In this document: in pieces, positions 1 to 10,648 of the stretch
Layout: each line of letters starts with the position of its first letter
Position numbering within the stretch: position 1 is the stretch's first letter
DNA from: an uncultured Methanomicrobiales archaeon
GTDB lineage: Archaea; Halobacteriota; Methanomicrobia; Methanomicrobiales; Methanospirillaceae
DNA length: 64,000 nucleotides
Assembly: GCA_963758915.1 (NCBI GenBank)
Contig: CAVWXH010000003.1
Coordinates: 1 to 64,000 of the forward strand
Direction of reading: 5' to 3'
Notes under the pieces: model-generated
Told to the model about the DNA's origin: nothing
The model's input: only the letters and a program-made list of their open reading frames with translations
Databases searched by the model: none
Made by a program: the position numbers and the translations under genes

Positions 1-236
1 TTTTGTCCGATTACCCGGTATCAACGCTTTTATTCAAACACACAACTGAACGGGAAGTTCACACCCTGACGATTGGAAATGCCCTTTGAAAATCTAACCG
101 GGGTCAATTTAAAGCATTTACTATTGATGATATCACCGGCATTTTCATATTGTATGCTGGTGTCACAGGTGTGAATAATGTCCGTTTTTCACGGGGAAAC
201 CCTCCAAAATCTATCTTGCGGATAGCAGGTTGTACC

Positions 237-410
237 AAAATTTAGTAACACTCCCGGGCTCAACCCGCCACTCTGGTGACCCCGGGTTGGGATAGGGGGG
301 GTCTCGAACTCTTTGAAATATTCCGGGGTCCGGATGTTGAACCTGTTGAACCGTTGCCCGGAGAATATCTTATCTGGGGTGGGCAGGGTGGGGATGGAGG
401 CCCTCTTCTC
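237..410 (+). repeat. Dispersed structured repeat (MITE core), copy 1
   Basis: Contains aaatttagtaacactcccgggctc...ggttgggatag...ttgcccggagaatatcttatctggggtgggcaggg, the same motif order as the copy at 32117-32374. Confidence 0.8.
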
Positions 411-699
411 GGCGTATTTCTTCTCAATAAGACAGGCGATTGTACAGACCTGGTTGAATATAGGATATCGTGTCTCCTGCAGGTGTATAGGTTGGCACTT
501 TCCAGCCGGGCAGGAGGAAATCAGGGTCTGTTCCATACCAGAATCGGCTAGCCTCAGGTTTCCACTCTTTTGAGTCCATAATAAAAGAAGCCCGGGACTG
601 CCGGAACATCAACGGTGAGCGAATAAGAGAATGTATATGTTGCCTGATTGCCAATCTAATGTCAAAGAGGTTCATAACGGGCAACTCAGGGAGAGATGA

Positions 700-1926
700 A
701 TGTTCTTGGAACTGGAATCATGTAAAAAATCGTACAATTCAGAGACACAACGGACAATTCCCCCGGAGGAGACACTTCTGAAAGTAGAATCACTCCTCCC
801 GGTGGCAGGTATCACGCGTGTCGCTGATATCACCAGTCTTGACCGCATTGGAATCCCCGTATTTTCAAGTATCCGCCCGATGGCGAAGGATGGGGCGATA
901 TCAGTCTATAACGGCAAAGGGGCGACCCCGGTCGAGGCGAAAGTCTCGGCAATAATGGAAGGTATCGAACGTTGTTCGGCAGAACCATCGGTACGTGAGA
1001 CCGTGATGGCAGCATACGGGGCACTTCCAATGGGAATGCGTGCGGTAGATCCAAACGACCTTGTCCTGCCTGAAGGCGCGGATGTGTCGGTTATGGTCCC
1101 CTGGGTGGAAGGATATGATATCGCAAATAACAGGGAGATCTGGGTCCCGTCCCATGCAGTTTTCCATCCGCTCCCGCGGTTCACCCTCCCGCTCTTCCGT
1201 ACCAATACGAATGGCCTGGCATCAGGAAATACCCGTGAAGAAGCAATATTTCATGCGTTGATGGAACTGATCGAACGGGATGCATGGTCACTTGCAGAGA
1301 TCACAAGACGGACAGGCCCCAGGGTTGTGAATGTCAGTTCCGGGCTGGAAAAGGAATTACTTGACAAATTTACCAATGCCGGTGTTGAAGTAATTATCAA
1401 GGATATCACCAGTGATATCGGGATACCGACCATCGCTGCGGTCTCGGATGATCTCCAGCTGAAAGACCCGACACTTCTTACCATCGGGATGGGCACCCAT
1501 ACCAATGCCAAAATCGCCCTCCTTCGGGCCCTGACCGAGGTGGCCCAGAGCAGGCTGACACAGATCCATGGGGCCAGGGAAGATACCGATGTTGCCGATT
1601 TCAGGAGAAAAATCGGCTATGAACGGACCAGGAGACTGAACCGGTACTGGTTCGAATCTGACAGGGATGAAGACTTTGCAGGAATCCCTTCAAGTGATAC
1701 CGATGATTTCCTCACTGATATCAGGAACGTAGTCGAAGCCCTGGGGAACGCAGGACTCAACAAGGTGATCGTAGTCGATCTTACCCGTCCCGATCTCGGG
1801 GTACCGGTCGTACGGGTTATTGTACCGGGACTTGAGGTATTTGCGATGGACGGGGAACGAAGCGGGAGGCGTTGTAATGAAGCACGAACTCGTCGTGTAC
1901 CTCGGGCCGAGTCTTCCCGTCCGTGA
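700..1926 (+). CDS. ycaO: YcaO-family McrA glycine thioamidation protein
   Basis: [37 protein letters not shown] and [10 protein letters not shown] motifs; directly upstream of tfuA. Confidence 0.93.
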   Translation: MFLELESCKKSYNSETQRTIPPEETLLKVESLLPVAGITRVADITSLDRIGIPVFSSIRPMAKDGAISVYNGKGATPVEAKVSAIMEGIERCSAEPSVRETVMAAYGALPMGMRAVDPNDLVLPEGADVSVMVPWVEGYDIANNREIWVPSHAVFHPLPRFTLPLFRTNTNGLASGNTREEAIFHALMELIERDAWSLAEITRRTGPRVVNVSSGLEKELLDKFTNAGVEVIIKDITSDIGIPTIAAVSDDLQLKDPTLLTIGMGTHTNAKIALLRALTEVAQSRLTQIHGAREDTDVADFRRKIGYERTRRLNRYWFESDRDEDFAGIPSSDTDDFLTDIRNVVEALGNAGLNKVIVVDLTRPDLGVPVVRVIVPGLEVFAMDGERSGRRCNEARTRRVPRAESSRP

Positions 1927-2536
1927 TGCGGGGCAGATCCTCCACGCAGAATATCTTCCACCCGCTAAACGGGGAGATATCCCCCTCGCAGTCCGCCAGG
2001 GGGCCAGGATCATCTGCCTTATCGATGGTGTCTTTTTCCAGGACTGTTCGGTAGGGCACCGGGAGATACTGGCGGCACTATCAAAAAATGTCAGGGTTAT
2101 CGGGTCCTCGAGCATGGGGGCACTCCGGGCGTCCGAGCTGGATACCCTCGGCATGGAGGGTATTGGCGAGATATACCAGTGATATAAAAACGGGGATGTC
2201 GAGTCGGACGACGAGGTTGCATTGATCTTCGACCCTGAATCGGGTATCGCCCTATCAATTCCACTCGTAAATATCCGTCATATCCTGAACCTTGCAGCAG
2301 ACCAGGGGGTCATCGACAGGATACAGAAGGACATCCTTTTCAGGACAGCACAATCGTTATATTTCCCGGAACGGACCTGGGAACGGATAGGGGAACTTGC
2401 ATGCAAAACCATTCCTGCCCCGGTCCTTGAAAAATTTTTAACATTTGCAGAGGACGGGCCTGACCTGAAGCGTGAAGATGCTGTCAGGGCGTTGAGGTAT
2501 ACCAGGGAAGTGGCAGAAGAGCTGGGTATTATTTGA
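1877..2536 (+). CDS. tfuA: TfuA-related McrA thioamidation protein, interrupted by an in-frame TGA at 2180-2182
   Basis: [33 protein letters not shown]; the same frame continues after the stop ([18 protein letters not shown]) to DLKREDA. Confidence 0.88.
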
Positions 2537-2953
2537 TACACTTTTTTACCTCGTAGTGATCCTTCACTACATTTTGGGACCTTCACGTCACGGATAATTG
2601 ATCAATGGTAGAAATACCTGTAATCCCGTGGCAGGGCCGATTCTGGAAATTATTCGTAATGACCCCGGATGTACGTAGCGTGCATTCACTAAAAAAAATC
2701 AGGATCACAGACCCGACTGTATGCTGGTATATGCAACAGTCTGTGCAGGATGGGATCGCTGTGACCATCCGTGGCTGCAGGTGCACCAGGCACGAACTGA
2801 CCGGGATGCCCTTTCTGAAATTATGTATCTTGATGAATACTCAATCCTGCTCCGCCAGGTCCGGAAATGAAATATCTCCAATTGGAAAAAGATCTAAACC
2901 AGATAATTTTGGCTCTTCCGGAATCCTGAAAAAAAAGTAATCAGAACTGTTTC

Positions 2954-3108
2954 GACAGGAGGGGCTTTCACGCCCTCCCTGTCCCACCCCCATTAAGATA
3001 TTCATTAGGCAGGGTTCACCTGAAGATTCTGAGATTAAAACAACAGTCTCTATCCTAACCGGGCCGCCAACGCGGCGGGCCATGAGCCCCGGGAGCGTGA
3101 GTAAATTT
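2954..3108 (-). repeat. Dispersed structured repeat (MITE core), copy 2
   Basis: Reverse complement reads aaatttactcacgctcccggggctc...ggttaggatag...ccctgcctaatgaatatcttaatgggggtgggacagggagggcgtgaaagcccctcctgtc. Confidence 0.85.
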
Positions 3109-3138
3109 CAGGGCACCCTTAAATCTGTTAGATGGATT

Positions 3139-4047
3139 TTATGTAACTGCGAGCATCCTTTCGATCGCATTCCGGGCGCGTGATGCAACAGGTTCCGGTA
3201 CCGTAACCTGTGGCGCCAGGTTTTCCAGGGACCGGAGGACAAGTGAAAGACTTGTCTTTTTCATATTGGAACAGACGGCCCGGCCGGACAGGGGATAACA
3301 GGACTTCCCGGGACATTCTTTTTGCATACGGTACAGGATTCCTATTTCCGTTCCGATGATATATGCGGGTTTATTTCCCTGGCAAACGTGGTGGATCATC
3401 CCGGACGTGCTGTACACAAAATCCGCTGCATCGATAACTTCAGGCCGGCATTCGGGGTGCACGAGTACCTCTGCCCCTGGATGACCCTGTTTGGCCAGGT
3501 TCACATCTTCAACCGTTATCAGATCATGGACGATACAAAATCCATCCCATGGGATTACCTGCTTTTTTGTGAACCGGGCCACATAACGGGCGAGGTTCCT
3601 GTCCGGGACAAAGAGCACCTGGTCTTCCTCAAGTGAACTGACAACCTTCACTGCATTTGCCGAGGTACAGCAGATGTCGCTTTCCGCTTTCACCTCAGCC
3701 GTCGTATTCACGTAGGCGACAACGGCCGCATCAGGAAACCGTGCCCTTGCAGACCGGACCTCTGCTGCCGTGACCATTTCTGCCATCGGGCAGCCGGCAT
3801 CATGGGCAGGGAGGAGGACCTTTTTTTGAGGGGAGAGAATTGCGGCTGTTTCTGCCATGAAGTCAACACCGCAAAATACGATCACCCGGCCGTCAAGGGA
3901 GGCAGCAGCCCTTGATAACTCCAGCGAGTCCCCGATAAGGTCAGCCACGTCCTGCACAGGGCCTTCCTGGTAATTATGGGCGAGGATGATCGCATCCCTC
4001 TCTTCCTTTAATTCAAGGATTTTTTTAATGATTCCGTTGTTGTCCAT
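3139..4047 (-). CDS. nadA: Quinolinate synthase A
   Basis: ILAHNYQ, FCGVDFMAETA, GCPMA, YVNT, CTSANA, VHPEC and CSNMKK motifs. Confidence 0.95.
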   Translation of the reverse strand: MDNNGIIKKILELKEERDAIILAHNYQEGPVQDVADLIGDSLELSRAAASLDGRVIVFCGVDFMAETAAILSPQKKVLLPAHDAGCPMAEMVTAAEVRSARARFPDAAVVAYVNTTAEVKAESDICCTSANAVKVVSSLEEDQVLFVPDRNLARYVARFTKKQVIPWDGFCIVHDLITVEDVNLAKQGHPGAEVLVHPECRPEVIDAADFVYSTSGMIHHVCQGNKPAYIIGTEIGILYRMQKECPGKSCYPLSGRAVCSNMKKTSLSLVLRSLENLAPQVTVPEPVASRARNAIERMLAVT

Positions 4048-4306
4048 TGTTATGTCCCCGATATCCCTCACTGACAGGGAATCCATTCTCATGTTCCATC
4101 CGGAACCAGCTGAAACACAGGCAACCTGGCAGGCTTTTTCTTACTAATTTATATGTACGGGGAAAAAGTCTTGCTGGTTGGACCCGTACAGGTGCAGGGG
4201 TTTTAGGGATGAGACCTGTCCCAAGCGATAGGTTGAGAATGGACTATGAGAGACATAGTACAACGCATGTGCCTGATTATATCAAAAAAACCGGTGTGAA
4301 TACCTG

Positions 4307-4501
4307 ATGCGGTTGCAATTACCAGATGGTACAATACTTGACGCGGGAACGGACCCGAAACCCGCAGCCTCGTTACTGGCCAGGTACAACCTTAACCCGC
4401 TTGAAGTGATTGTCACGAGGAATGGCAGACTCATCCCCGAGGATGCAATCGTTTCAGGCAACGACGAAATCAGGGTGTTCCTCGTTGCCCACGGAGGGTG
4501 A
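4307..4501 (+). CDS. ThiS/SAMP-like ubiquitin-like sulfur carrier
   Basis: 64 aa, beta-grasp-like, C-terminal AHGG; directly upstream of a TtuA/Ncs6-type gene. Confidence 0.85.
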   Translation: MRLQLPDGTILDAGTDPKPAASLLARYNLNPLEVIVTRNGRLIPEDAIVSGNDEIRVFLVAHGG

Positions 4502-4511
4502 AACGGCAGAC

Positions 4512-5459
4512 ATGAACGCAGGAAAGCCCGGGAATGTTCCATCCTGTGATCACTGTGATGAACCGGCGATATTCTTCAACCCGTATTTGCAATGCCATTT
4601 GTGCGACAGACATCTCTGCCATAGTGTCGAACAACGGGTCATTGACAGCATTACCAGGCATGGCATGGTCCGGGACGGGGACAGGATTGCCGTTGGTCTC
4701 TCGGGGGGAAGGACAGTTCAGTCCTTCTTTCAATCCTGTCAGGTATCATCCCGGAACGATGGGATGCAGAGATCGTTGCCATCACCGTTGACGAGGGGAT
4801 CGCAGGGTACCGGGAAGAGACGGTGCAATCGGCGGTGTCACTAACCTCACAATTAGGAATACCCCACCATGTAGTCTCCTTTCAGTCATTGTTTGGCCTT
4901 ACTCTCGATTCACTCCTCGAGGTCCATCCTCTCCGGGCCTGCACTGCCTGTGGGATCCTCCGTAAAAAAGCTCTTTCTGACGCTGCAAAAGAGATCGCCG
5001 CAACCAGCATCGCAACCGGCCATAACCTCGATGATGCGGCCCAGTCTGTGTTGATGAATTACCTCAGGGGAGATTTTGAACGCCTCCTCCGTGACAGCAG
5101 TTCCATTGGAGACCGGGGGTTTATCCGCCGGATCAAACCTCTCCAGGACGTAAATGAGAAGGAGATCACGCTCTACAGCATGATCAAGGGGATCACCGGC
5201 CGGTTGCCTGAATGTCCCTATGCAACTACTGCGTTCAGGGCAGAAGTGAGGACACTGCAGGCGGCGATTGAATACCATTACCCGGGTGCATCACGCCGGA
5301 TTATTCATGGGCAGGAAGAACTGGTCACTATGGCTCAGCGGGTCCGTGACAGAGAGAACCATAGACCATTGTTCTGTGTGCGGGGACCCGTGTAGCGGTA
5401 CGATCTGCCAGGCATGCGGATTGCTGGCTGGAATTAAAGTAAGGATCAAAAAAAATTAA
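4512..5459 (+). CDS. tRNA 2-thiouridine synthetase TtuA/NcsA (TIGR00269-like), frameshifted near 4710 and 5350
   Basis: N-terminal CxxC...CxxH, PP-loop SGGKDS split by an indel, CTACG, TGHNLDD, CPY, C-terminal CSVCG...CQAC across three frames. Confidence 0.85.
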
Positions 5460-5631
5460 GATGCGGGGACATTATTTGTCGATAATTATAACATCAGGTA
5501 TATGTTATTTCATTAACTCGGAATAAGATTATAATTTTTTCCCATTGCAATTCCGGCAGAGTGCTCGACAGAATTCACCAATATATATTTAAATCTGAAC
5601 GTTTACGAACTGATATCCGGTTGGGATTGTA

Positions 5632-8600
5632 ATGTCTATTAAACGTCTAATAACTCTGTCATTGATTCTGGTGTTGATCCTGGTAATCAGCAACCCGTGT
5701 TCTGCTGCATGCATTTCAGGGTTTAAATGGATGGATATCAACCGTAACGGCCAGTGGGAAGACGATAATGAACCCCTTCTTCCGGGATGGAATATCACGG
5801 TAAACTATATGGATGGGACATACACGGGGTATTCGGCAATCACGGATGCAAACGGGACCTACACGATCTGTGACCTTTCAAATGGTACCAGTTACAATGT
5901 TTCCGAGATCCTTCAACCAGGTTGGTATAACTCAAAAATTACCAATGTGACAATCGACTGGATAAACTCCTCAGCTATCAATCAGAATGAAACACTATTC
6001 TTTGTACCAGGGCAGCAGGGAGACTCGCAGCTCCAGAACTACATGCCACCCCCCCAGACTCTTTTCGGAGTTGAGTCACGCTACGGCAGCGGAAATCTTC
6101 AGCCCCCGACCGAAATGGAGCTGTTCTATCTTCAAAACCAGGTCTATACAGATGCATCCCATGCCATTGCCCAGACAAATATTGCATGGGTAAATTCAAC
6201 AGTGTATGATTTTAACATTACATATTATCCAGACGGGATGGTCTATTACACGGTTGGAACAACTACCATTTCTGGAAATGTATTCACCGCAAATCCAAGA
6301 GATACCCTCAACTGGCCGCTGCGTGATATTGCTATCCGTCTTCGGTCCATCCATGATGACTCAAGGGTAGACGTTTATGGTATGAACCTCACCGTAAACG
6401 GGAACCGTTACCAGATTGAAAACAACACCCTGAATGCAACCTACCCTACATACCAGCGAGAGACTCTGTTTATCCGGGCACAGGCAATCATGGACAATTA
6501 CTACGGGGGGGTCAATATTTCGAGCCAGGGATTCACACTGACCGGTAAACAAAAGTTCACATTTTCTTCAGCTAACAATAACAAACCAAATGTCCACGAG
6601 CTAGAGTATGCGATATACCTCGGAAGGGCGGCATTCCCCACAAATGATCTGCAATTCGCAGATTTGGGGAATTATAATAATTCTGGTATCCTTAAAGGGC
6701 AGAAATGGAACGATATTAGTGGAAACGGAATAGAAGAGCCAGATGATAACCCGCTTCCGGGATGGTTTATCCACGTTAATAATACAACGCTCGGGAACCA
6801 TACCCTCCTGACAGATGGTGTCGGGGAATGGCAGGTCCTTGTTCCGTTTGGAACTTACGAGGTCTCCGAAGTGCTGTACCCGAATTTCAGGCAGACTTAC
6901 CCCTCCAGTGGTACCTACACCATCGAACTAAACGATTCGGTATTCACCGGACAAAATTATGGTATTGAGTTTATTAATTTTGGTAACCAGGAGATCCCCC
7001 AGATTGGTAATATTTCCGGACTGAAATACAACGATTTTAATCATAACGGGGTTTATGACCCGGTATGGGATATTGATCCGGATGATGAGGAGCTGGGAAT
7101 ATCAGGCTGGAATATCTCACTTTACTACCAGAACGGCACTTATACCGGGATTTCGCAACTAACGAACAATGGAAGCTATTACTTCGCAGGGCTAGATGCG
7201 AACCAGATCTATTATGTCGAGGAGGAAAGCAAGCCTGACTGGTATAATAGCACGCCGACAAGGTTGATGGTTGACTTTAAAAATACCACCGAGTATCCGA
7301 ATGAATCCCTGGTTGATTCAGGTATCGCGATACAAGTCCTCCCTGTCCAGAACGTCGCATTTACCACAAAATCACTGTGGGGTATCAACGGGTCTTTCCA
7401 CCAGGACATCGAATGGAGTCCGTTTGCATTAAAAAATTCAACAAGAGTGTCAAACAATCCTCACTGGCTGAATAACACAGATTACGATTTTACCATTGTC
7501 TATGATCCCTCGACCCCACTTTCGGCGATCAATTATACAGTCAGCGGACCCCTTACCCAGGGATTTACCACCACCACAATTAAAGCACCAGCAGATATCA
7601 ATGGCTCCCGGGCTAATCCAATGGATACCATTGATGTTTTTGCCAGGGCGAGCGTAATCGGAGAAAATGTGACTCTTGAAGTAACCAACCTGAAGCTAAA
7701 GGTGGGGTCTGATACCTTCACTATCACAAACAATTCAGTCGCCCTTTCAAATACATTACAGACTCAGACACACCTCCTCATCAGGGCAAACCGCCTGACC
7801 GGTGGAAACATTACGCAGGGCTTCACTCTTACCGGGAAGCAGAAATTTATCTATCCTGCATCAGCAGTTCCTGCAATCGACGGTGAAGGGTATTCCGTTT
7901 CAATACGTGCCGGGAAGGATAACCTTACCCCTATCGATGTCATCGAACAGTTTGGAAATTATCGGCATACCGGCGAGATTGAAGGGACAAAGTTTAGTGA
8001 TAATAATGGAAATGGCGTTTGGGATGTCGCACTTGGAGAGGAACCCCTTGATAACTGGACATTCCAGTGCTATTATGAGAACGGAACGCTGGCTCGTGAG
8101 CGGATTTCGGGTATTCCCGATCCTGGAGTGTGGGAATTCTATCTGCCCTATGGAAACTACACGATAAAAGAAGTGAACCAGTCCGATTACCGGCCTACGC
8201 TTCGTGCCGGAGGAGTGAATATTACTATCGATGATGTCAGAACCAGACTGGGGGATGTCTGTTTGACTCTCAACTGACCGGAAGTGACGGCTCATACAAC
8301 TTCACGGGTTACCATACGGCGTGACGTTCAACGTCAGTGAAGTGATTCAGCGGGATGGACTCTATCGGGATACCTATCATAACAACCTCGCTATTGACGG
8401 AAGTCTATTTACATAAACCAGAACTTCACTAACGAACGCCAGACGGGATATATCAGCGGGTTAAAACTCTATCCGAACTGACGGGGATTCCAGGATGGAA
8501 CATCACCCTTACAACCAGACTGGCGGTGATGTTCTGTTTGACTCTCAACTGACGGAAGTGACGGTAAACTTCACGGGTTACCATACGGCGTGACGTTCAA

Positions 8601-10402
8601 CGTCAGTGAAGTGATTCAGCAGGATGGACTCTATCGGGCTACTATCATAACAACCTCGCTATTGACGGAAGTCTCTCTTACATAAACCGGAACTTCACTA
8701 ACGAACGCCAGACGGGATATATCAGCGGGTTAAACTCTATCCGAACCTGACGGGGATTCCAGGATGGAACATCACCCTTTACAACCAGACTGGCGGTGAT
8801 GTTCTGTTTGACTCTCAACTGACCGGAAGTGACGGCTCTTACAACTTCACCGGGTTACCATACGGCGTGACGTTCAACGTCAGTGAAGTGATTCAGCCGG
8901 GATGGACTCCTATCGGGGCTACCTATCATAACAACCTCGCTATTGACGGAAGTCTCTCTTACATAAACCGGAACTTCACTAACGAACGCCAGACGGGATA
9001 TATCAGCGGGTTCAAACTCTATCCGAACCTGACGGGGATTCCAGGATGGAACATCACCCTTTACAACCAGACTGGCGGTGATGTTCTGTTTGACTCTCAA
9101 CTGACCGGAAGTGACGGCTCTTACAACTTCACCGGGTTACCATACGGCGTGACGTTCAACGTCAGTGAAGTGATTCAGCCGGGATGGACTCTATCGGGGC
9201 TACCTATCATAACAACCTCGCTATTGACGGAAGTCTCTCTTACATAAACCGGAACTTCACTAACGAACGCCAGACGGGATATATCAGCGGGTTCAAACTC
9301 TATCGAACCTGACGGGGATTCAGGATGGAACATCACCTTTACAACCAGACTGGCGGTGATGTTCTGTTTGACTCTCAACTGACCGGAAGTGACGGCTCTT
9401 ATAACTTCACCGGGTTACCATACGGCGTGACGTTCAACGTCAGTGAAGTGATTCAACCGGGATGGACTCTATCGGATCTACCTATCATAACAACCTCGCT
9501 ATTGACGGAAGTCTCTCTTGCAGAGGCGGGAACTTCACTAACGAACGCAGTACGATAATCAGCGGATTCAAACTCTATCCGAACCTGACGGGGATTCCAG
9601 GATGGAACATCACCCTTTACAACCAGACTGGCGGTGATGTTCTGTTTGACTCACAACTGACCGGAAGTGACGGCTCTTACAACTTCACCGGGTTACCATA
9701 CGGCGTGACGTTCAACGTCAGTGAAGTGATTCAGCCGGGATGGACTCCTATCGGGGCTACCTATCATAACAACCTCGCTATTGACGGAAGTCTCTCTTAC
9801 ATAAACCAGAACTTCACTAACGAACGCCAGTTAGGCAACATATCCGGATCGAAGTACAATGACCTGAATGGCAACGGAATTAAGGAAATAACTGATGTGC
9901 CGATGCCTGGAGTTGTAATAACATTATATTACCAGAACGGGACGTTATTCGGAACGCAGACAACAAATGCAAACGGTAGATATGTTTTTTACCCGGTCCC
10001 TCTGGGAAGTACGTTCTTAATGAAACAGTCCCTTCAGGCTGGAAACAGACCCAGCCTGCCAGCGGAATTACGGTATTATAGTGAACTCAACCAGTGGCAT
10101 TTTCACCATGGTTTTTGGGAACCACGAATTACCACAACGATGTTCCTGCCCAACGAAAGCATATTTCATCTGGAGTGTAGCGCCATCACCTGCTCGAACA
10201 ATCAAATTTACCGATGCCTCCGGGGGTAATGCTATCATACTGGCTTTAAGATTTCGGAGATGGAAAATATTCACCTGCCCGCAGTCCATCGCATACCTAT
10301 CTAAGAGCTGGAACATATACCGTGAAATTTAATGTGAAAGGCTGTAATTGTGACTGCACCACGTACTGGATCTATTATTCAACAAGGGTAACAGTACGAT
10401 AA
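5632..10402 (+). CDS. Large secreted SdrD-B/Cna-B repeat surface protein with C-terminal PKD-like domain (multiple frameshifts after 8240)
   Basis: Signal peptide; repeated ISGxKxxDxNxNG...PGWNITL...SE..QPGW...NFxN modules; many N-x-S/T sequons; the PKD-like tail ends at TAA 10400-10402. Confidence 0.8.
8241..9830 (+). repeat. Near-identical intragenic tandem repeat, ideal unit 282 bp (94 aa SdrD-B), about 5.7 copies
   Basis: Anchor g(t)tctgtttgactc recurs at about 8257, 8531, 8801, 9083, 9361 and 9639. Confidence 0.95.
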
Positions 10403-10463
10403 GCACCTTTTTTTAATCTGTTCTCTGATACAGAGATGCTTTTTCTCTTTTACACAGCAAGAG
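9834..10463 (+). repeat. Duplicated 3' module, copy A (SdrD-B + CSCP + PKD + downstream hairpins)
   Basis: Aligns throughout with 12723-13352; the non-coding aatctgttctctgatacagagatgcttttctcttttacacagcaagaga is identical in both. Confidence 0.9.
10403..10463 (+). terminator. Putative terminator: T-run plus hairpins after adhesin 1
   Basis: ccttttttt immediately after the stop, then tctctg-ata-cagaga and tctctt...aagaga stems. Confidence 0.5.
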
Positions 10464-10648
10464 ACCATCCAATTAGAATACTACAAACAATAGCCGGAAT
10501 TCATATGTTCAACCTGAACCGGATACAATTTTATCACCCGGCTATTTTCCAGGTGTCCAGTATGTCCATTCTCTCATTTTTACAGGGTAATCACCCAATA
10601 ATCACAAAATATTACCCGTTTTCACCCAATATCTTTTTATAAGAATAT

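Noticed and set aside
2180-2182. Selenocysteine or pyrrolysine recoding in tfuA
   Set aside because: Pyl uses UAG. The position is not a Cys-equivalent site, and no Sec machinery or SECIS is evident.
2850-2870. gccaggtccggaa resembling the SRP RNA helix 8 motif
   Set aside because: The match is too short and the rest of the SRP structure is missing.
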